Below are positions 21,001-64,000 of a stretch of DNA of 64,000 nucleotides, piece by piece; within the stretch, counting starts at the first letter, position 1, and each line of letters opens with the position of its first letter. The position numbers and the translations under genes are program-made. Source of the DNA: Lama glama (Eukaryota). The stretch lies in contig CM052838.1 in assembly GCA_028534125.1 (NCBI GenBank), positions 65,658,001 to 65,722,000 of the forward strand, written 5' to 3'. A model generated the notes under the pieces. That model did no database searches, was not told the DNA's origin, and worked only from the letters and a program-made list of their open reading frames with translations.

Positions 21001-23496
21001 CACCCCAGCCACAGGGAGCTCCCAGCATCTGCTTCCTGGGAACCAGGCTGGCTGCTCTTTGTGAGGGTGGAGACGCAGTGAAAATTGATTTCTCTGTTGG
21101 AAGCGGGACAATTAAACTGGTTGTTTCATCTCCATCATCGTCATAGTAAAATGAGGACAGCAGGCTGCGTGCGGCGGTAAGTAATGCCGTATGTCTTAAT
21201 GCGAGGGAGCGTTAATTGAATACAAATGGCCTTCCCTGAAGCTGCTTGGTTATATTTCAGAGATATGGGATAATGATGCCAGTTAATCATTTTTACAAGA
21301 TAGAAAATTACTGGCTCCTCCAGGAAGATCATTAAGGAAAACAATTGTTCATAGCAACTGAAAATAGAGTTTTAATTATTTAATGCAGGAATTAAACTAT
21401 TAGAGACCAGTGCTGAATGAAGGAACTTACTAGAAATTTATACACAAGCGCCTATGAACATTTTAGTTTTATTAACCCACCTCACTTCTTAATCCAAATC
21501 AATCTGCAAGGCCTGTTTTAGCTATGATTGTCAGTTAACTGCTTGGAGAGGAGGGTAGGCCCAAGCGAGGCCCAGAGGGACAGGGAGTGTGGAACCACAG
21601 ACCTGTCCTGGGGCGGAGACCGGGTGAGGGCGGCCCTGCCCTCGGGTGGGCACCAGGCATCCCACTGAGGGTCCCCGGAGGGATCCAGGGGCTCAGAGTG
21701 CCGGTGCCAGGAGGTGTGAGCCCCCAGACCAGGGCAGACCGAGGCCGGGGTCTCCCCAGCAGTGGAAGACAGGGCGTGGAATGGCCACGTGGAGCACGGC
21801 CGTGGTCTGGGCCTGGGTGGTGCTGTGCTACCGGCTTTGATGAAGGAGGACTTGTCCACACGGAGCCAGGAGCTGCCCACCTGGCAGGTCATGTGACATG
21901 ACCCCCAACCCTGGCTGGCCAGGCTCCACAGCCTACAGGACCTTGGCCCCCAGTCCACTCTGCTGCAGCCCCCACTCAGCCCCCACCTCCCCGGGAACGA
22001 TGGGGACCCTCGACGGCTCACCCCATCCTGGGAGCACCCTTGGCCCTGACGCACTGGACCTTCCGTGCGTGCAGCCAGCCTGCTGGAGGGTAGGGACACT
22101 TTCAACAAGGATTCAGGTTAAAGTTGCGAAATGGGAAGTCCTTCACCGTGTGGAGTGAAACCAGAGACCTGCTGGTGACAGGACAGGAGCTCGCTGGGTG
22201 AAAACGCAGACGGGAAACCAGAGACCCATCAAAACACTGACCTCGGGTGTGGGCTGTGTCCTCCCTGTAATTTCCCTCCAATTTCCTACAATAAAACATA
22301 TTGTTAAAAGAAGCTCTCTACTTTAAAAATATGGAAATCAATATTTTCAAGACATAAATTCAGAAAACAAATGGAACTTTTGAGCCAGTGGTTGACTCCT
22401 CAGTCTGCGGGCTGTTGCAGCGGTCGAGGGGGGGCACCTGGGCTCGGGGGCGGGCGCAGAGGGGCAGGTGCAGGGACCACGCCTCCCTGATGGGCGGGGT
22501 CGGGCCCTCCTGGTCCCCGTCAGGGGTGGACCGAGGCCGGGGGTCACATTTTCCAGGGGAGAGGATGGGCCTCTGGGTGAACGGCTCAAGGTCTCAGAGC
22601 ATGGGCAGTGCTCAGCTCGGACCAGAGCCGGCTGCGGGTGGGAGCGGAGGCTGGGCGTGGGCGGTGGCGGCCTCCCGGAGCCCCCGGCCCTCCCCTCGCG
22701 CCAGGGCGCCCACCGCCCACCTGCTCCTTTCTGGAGCACATTCAGAACCCGCAGGTCTGGTCACCCTTTCTGCAAGGGCTGCCCACCATTCCAATTACAC
22801 TGTCTCCTATTATTACCAATAAATTCCAAGTGATCTTTTTTCTCCTTAACAGTTTTTAGGGTTACATAAATTTCACCTGCGCAGTTTCTTCATGCCTGAA
22901 TATATTACAGAACGCCACTGCTGCTGGAGAAGCTAATTGATACTGTGATTTGTCATGTTGCCGGGACATAATTCAGGAAGGTGTTTTAGATCCTTTGATA
23001 CACGGCCCAGCACTCACGGTTAACATTTCTCACATGAGCAGACACGGCATCAGGTGAAAATGTGACGCTGCGCGGATGAAATATTTCCAGAAGCTTTTAT
23101 TCTTGTTGTTTGGGTGGGTGCCAACATCTTTCTAGAAGAAAGCGCATATTTCCAACGCTGCTTGATGTGAATTTATTCCCCGGTCATCAGTTAGCTTTAA
23201 AAAAAAACTACAACGAGTATGTGTATATATTTTAAAAAAGGAAAAAATCAAACACAAAAGAGGGGAATCGCCACCTCAATGTAATCAAAGATGAGCTTTG
23301 AAAAAACTCTTCCTGGTGAGTTAATTGCAGAGTCACAGGGAGCCGCAGGGACGTCTCAGGCAGCGCAGCGCGCCCTGCGCACACACGCGGCCCCGGAGCA
23401 CCGGACACGCGCAAACCAGGAGGTCGAGGTCGGTGCCACGGCGCCATCCAGGCTGTGGACCTGACTCTGTTTCCACCACTTTGACAGGCGCTCCTA

Positions 23497-23710
23497 TGTG
23501 TGTGTGTGTGTTTATCCGCGTCTTGTCTTGTGTGTCCATCTGTGTGTCTGTCTCTCTGTGTGTGTCTGTCTGTGTCTGTGTGTCTGTGTCTGTGTGTCTG
23601 TCTCTCAGTGTCTGTCTGTCTCTCTGTGTCTGTGTGTCTGTCTCTCTGTGTCTGTGTGTCTCTCTGTGTCTGTGTGTCTGTCTCTCTGTGTCTGTGAGGC
23701 TGTCTCTCTG
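23497..23710. repeat. Compound (TG)/(TC) microsatellite
   Basis: tgtgtctgtgtgtctgtctctctg variants repeated. Confidence 0.95.
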
Positions 23711-25459
23711 CGCCTGCACCAGCATTTGGTGTTTGTCACTGTTGTTCCTTTTAGCTGTTTCAGTAGACACGGTAGTGGTATCTTGTCACGGTCTTAATTT
23801 GTGCTCTTTTTGGCTACTTGGACTGTCATGTGTCTCAGCCCAGGAAGTCTCGGGACTGGTCTCCTTGCACCTCAGAGCTGCAGGGACACAGCCTCGCCAG
23901 CCAGGGTCCAGTGCGAGGTCAGGACGGAGCACGGAGCCTGCTCCTGTAGCCTGGGGAGCCCTCTGAGGCTGCTCCCCTTCCCGTGTGCTCAGCTCTGGGC
24001 CTCCCAGCCCAGGCGGTGACCAGGATCAATTCGCCTGGGGCCTGGCGCCCTCTGGCCTTTGGGTGGCTGCCTCCGGCTGCCAGTTGGCCCCAGAGTGGGT
24101 GCTCAGAGGCCAGAGAGGTCTCCCGGTGAGACAGGCAGGAGACAGGGCTTGCATGGGGGCAGGACTTCCGTGCAGACCCCACACCTGTGCTCGGAGGCTG
24201 GCAGAACAGCGCTGACAGGACCAGGAGCCCCAGGGACTCCTGGACAGAGCAGCCCGAGCAGCCCCCGGCTGGGGTCCCCTGAGGGCCCAGTGCCAGGGGG
24301 ACCGTGACCTCTCCTGTGCCCCCACCTGCGTGCCCTCTAACGGGGTGGGCTTCACTCCAGAGAGACCGGGGCTGGTCTCCCTCAGCCTGGGAGGCTCTGT
24401 GCCCCCGTGGGCCAGGTTGGCCTGGGTGTGGTGTGAGGCCCTTCCCTGGTGACTGTGGCATCTGTCCTTCCTACAACCGCCCTCAATTCCGGCTGAGTGT
24501 CCAGCTCTAGGGACAGTGGCCTCTCCCAGGTTCACTCCATCCACGGCAGAGACCACGGGCGGTGGCTGGATGTCGAGCTCTGTGGGGGGACTCTGCAATC
24601 CAGGATGGGGCCCCTCACCCACCTCCCGTCCCTTGGAATCTGCCATCACCCTGCGTCCCACATCAACCTCCCACTGCCCCCCGACGTGCCCTGCCCCCTG
24701 AGGCTCAGCCCCAGGACCCATGGCGCCTTCCACAGGCTCTCGCCTCCCTCATTCACCCGTCCAGTCACTCACTCAGCAGACGTCACTGAGCCCCACCATG
24801 TCCTGGCATTGGACAAAGGCTGCTCCCTCGAGGGGTCCCCAGCCCGGCCATCAGAGGTGACCACAGATGGTGAAACACCCAGGAGTGGTCGGTGAGGGCA
24901 GGACAAACGTGGGTGGTGCAGCAGGACCGCCCAGAGGACTCCCCGCGTGGGCACTTTGCCACTTCTGGTCCCTCAGCATGGGGGGAACCGAGGTCACTGC
25001 TGGGCCCAGCCTGACGGCTCCCGGCCCCCATGCCCGCGGGAGGCGGCTGGCTCTGCAGCACAGGCGGAGCTGGAACCTGCCGTGGGCCGGGACATCAGGT
25101 CCGCAAGTCCAGTGCCGGCCACTCCACCAAGAGCTGTCTGGAGCGTGGCACCTAGACCTGGTCGGCCGTCCCTCCTGGTCACAGTTCGATGGCCACAGCC
25201 CCATGGGCCGAGTGACACGTGTGACTGTGTCCTTCCCTCGGAGCCCTGCCCAGGATGTGAGCCCCCGCCGCTGTGCAGGAAGCTGGGCCGCAGGCTTGGG
25301 GGCGCGTGCCGCGTGGCCAGTTCCTTCCCTTTGAGGTTTGAGGGTGGGAAGGCGCCGGCGTTGGCAGCGGGGTGGGGTGCATGGGGCGAGGGGCACAGAG
25401 CCATGGCTGGCCACTGCTTCCGGGGTCACAGAAACACAGCTCAAAAGCTGACTTAGCTG

Positions 25460-25465
25460 TTTACT
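25460..25465 (-). terminator. Candidate CFAP46 polyadenylation signal (AGTAAA variant)
   Basis: First PAS-like hexamer seen, about 420 nt past the stop; followed on - by ctgtgtttctgtg (GU-rich). Confidence 0.5.
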
Positions 25466-25886
25466 GAAGCGCTTCAACAACTCAGAGCCAGGGTGTGCAA
25501 GGCTTGGGGGGGGGTGCCCAACCGCCAGCCTCCTCCTGCTGCGGCCTGCGGGAGGCGGGTCCTCCACCCAGTGCCCGCACAGGGAGAGCCTGGAGCAGCC
25601 GAAGGCCTGAAGGTCCAGGCAGCTCTAGGGTCAGCGGGACACACCCCTCCCCCTCGCCCACACTGCCCAGCCCCCTCCTGGGGCCCCCGGCTTCAGGGTG
25701 GAGACTTGCAGGTGCTGTGCTGTGCAGAAGGCGGGGGGGGGGTGTGTGACAGCCTGGCGGGAGGTCACTGAAGGAGGGGCTCCACTGGGGAGACCCCAGA
25801 AAGGGGAGGCACTGGTCCAGGAAGGAAATGCTGAGCCGGCTGCGGAGAGGGCCTGCGGGGAGGGGCTGGGGGAGAAGGCGGCCCCG

Positions 25887-63665
<37,779 letters not shown>

Positions 63666-64000
63666 CTGGGAAATGAAATCCAAATTTGCAACGTTAGGAA
63701 CAGAAAGGGGGCCCCACCCTCCTCCCGCACCCTTGGACCTGAGGTGCGGGTGACCGAAGCTTGGGAGCGGCCAAGCCAGGAGCCCGCCCAGCGTGGGCTC
63801 AGGGCCCGGGGGACACACGGCTGGGGGCAGACCATGGACTGTCAGGAAGGGCTCGTCAGCTCCGCAAAGTGAACAGTGCAGTGTCTCTGATGAAGAGCGC
63901 ACTTGAGCGACTTCTGGCAGTTCTTTTAAAAGAATTGCAAAGAATCTCTGCCTGGAGGGCGGGGCGATGGCCCTGCTGTCCCCAGCAAGTCACAGAGGGT

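Noticed and set aside
23325-23966. Hydrophobic C/V/S/L-rich membrane protein
   Set aside because: Translation of the TG/TC microsatellite
63700-64000. A further CFAP46 exon at the right edge
   Set aside because: No CFAP46-like peptide with compatible splice sites found

Overview
GC-rich mammalian genomic DNA from the INPP5A - NKX6-2 - CFAP46 syntenic block (distal 10q26.3 in human). Two tRNA-derived SINEs resembling the camelid vic-1 family suggest a camel, alpaca or llama genome. Contents: (1) the last two coding exons and 3' UTR of INPP5A (+); (2) NKX6-2 (-) in a large CpG island, with its start codon and coding exon 3 hidden in two N-gaps; (3) about 17 kb of intergenic DNA with AT-rich homeodomain/Sox motif islands, a G-rich minisatellite and old repeats; (4) the 3' 30 coding exons of CFAP46 (-), assembled by hand with consistent phases down to the stop codon, with introns full of GC-drifted L1 remnants. 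Almost all entries in the ORF track are spurious GC-rich frames. I found no new multi-gene system. The best leads are an apparently catalytically dead separase/CHAT-like C-terminal domain in CFAP46, a 70-nt U12-type intron, a 52-bp inverted duplication carrying convergent CTCF motifs around two in-frame exons, an internal donor that would remove the INPP5A CaaX box, and one CFAP46 exon lacking its expected donor. Comparisons to human proteins and repeat consensi are from memory and need database confirmation.
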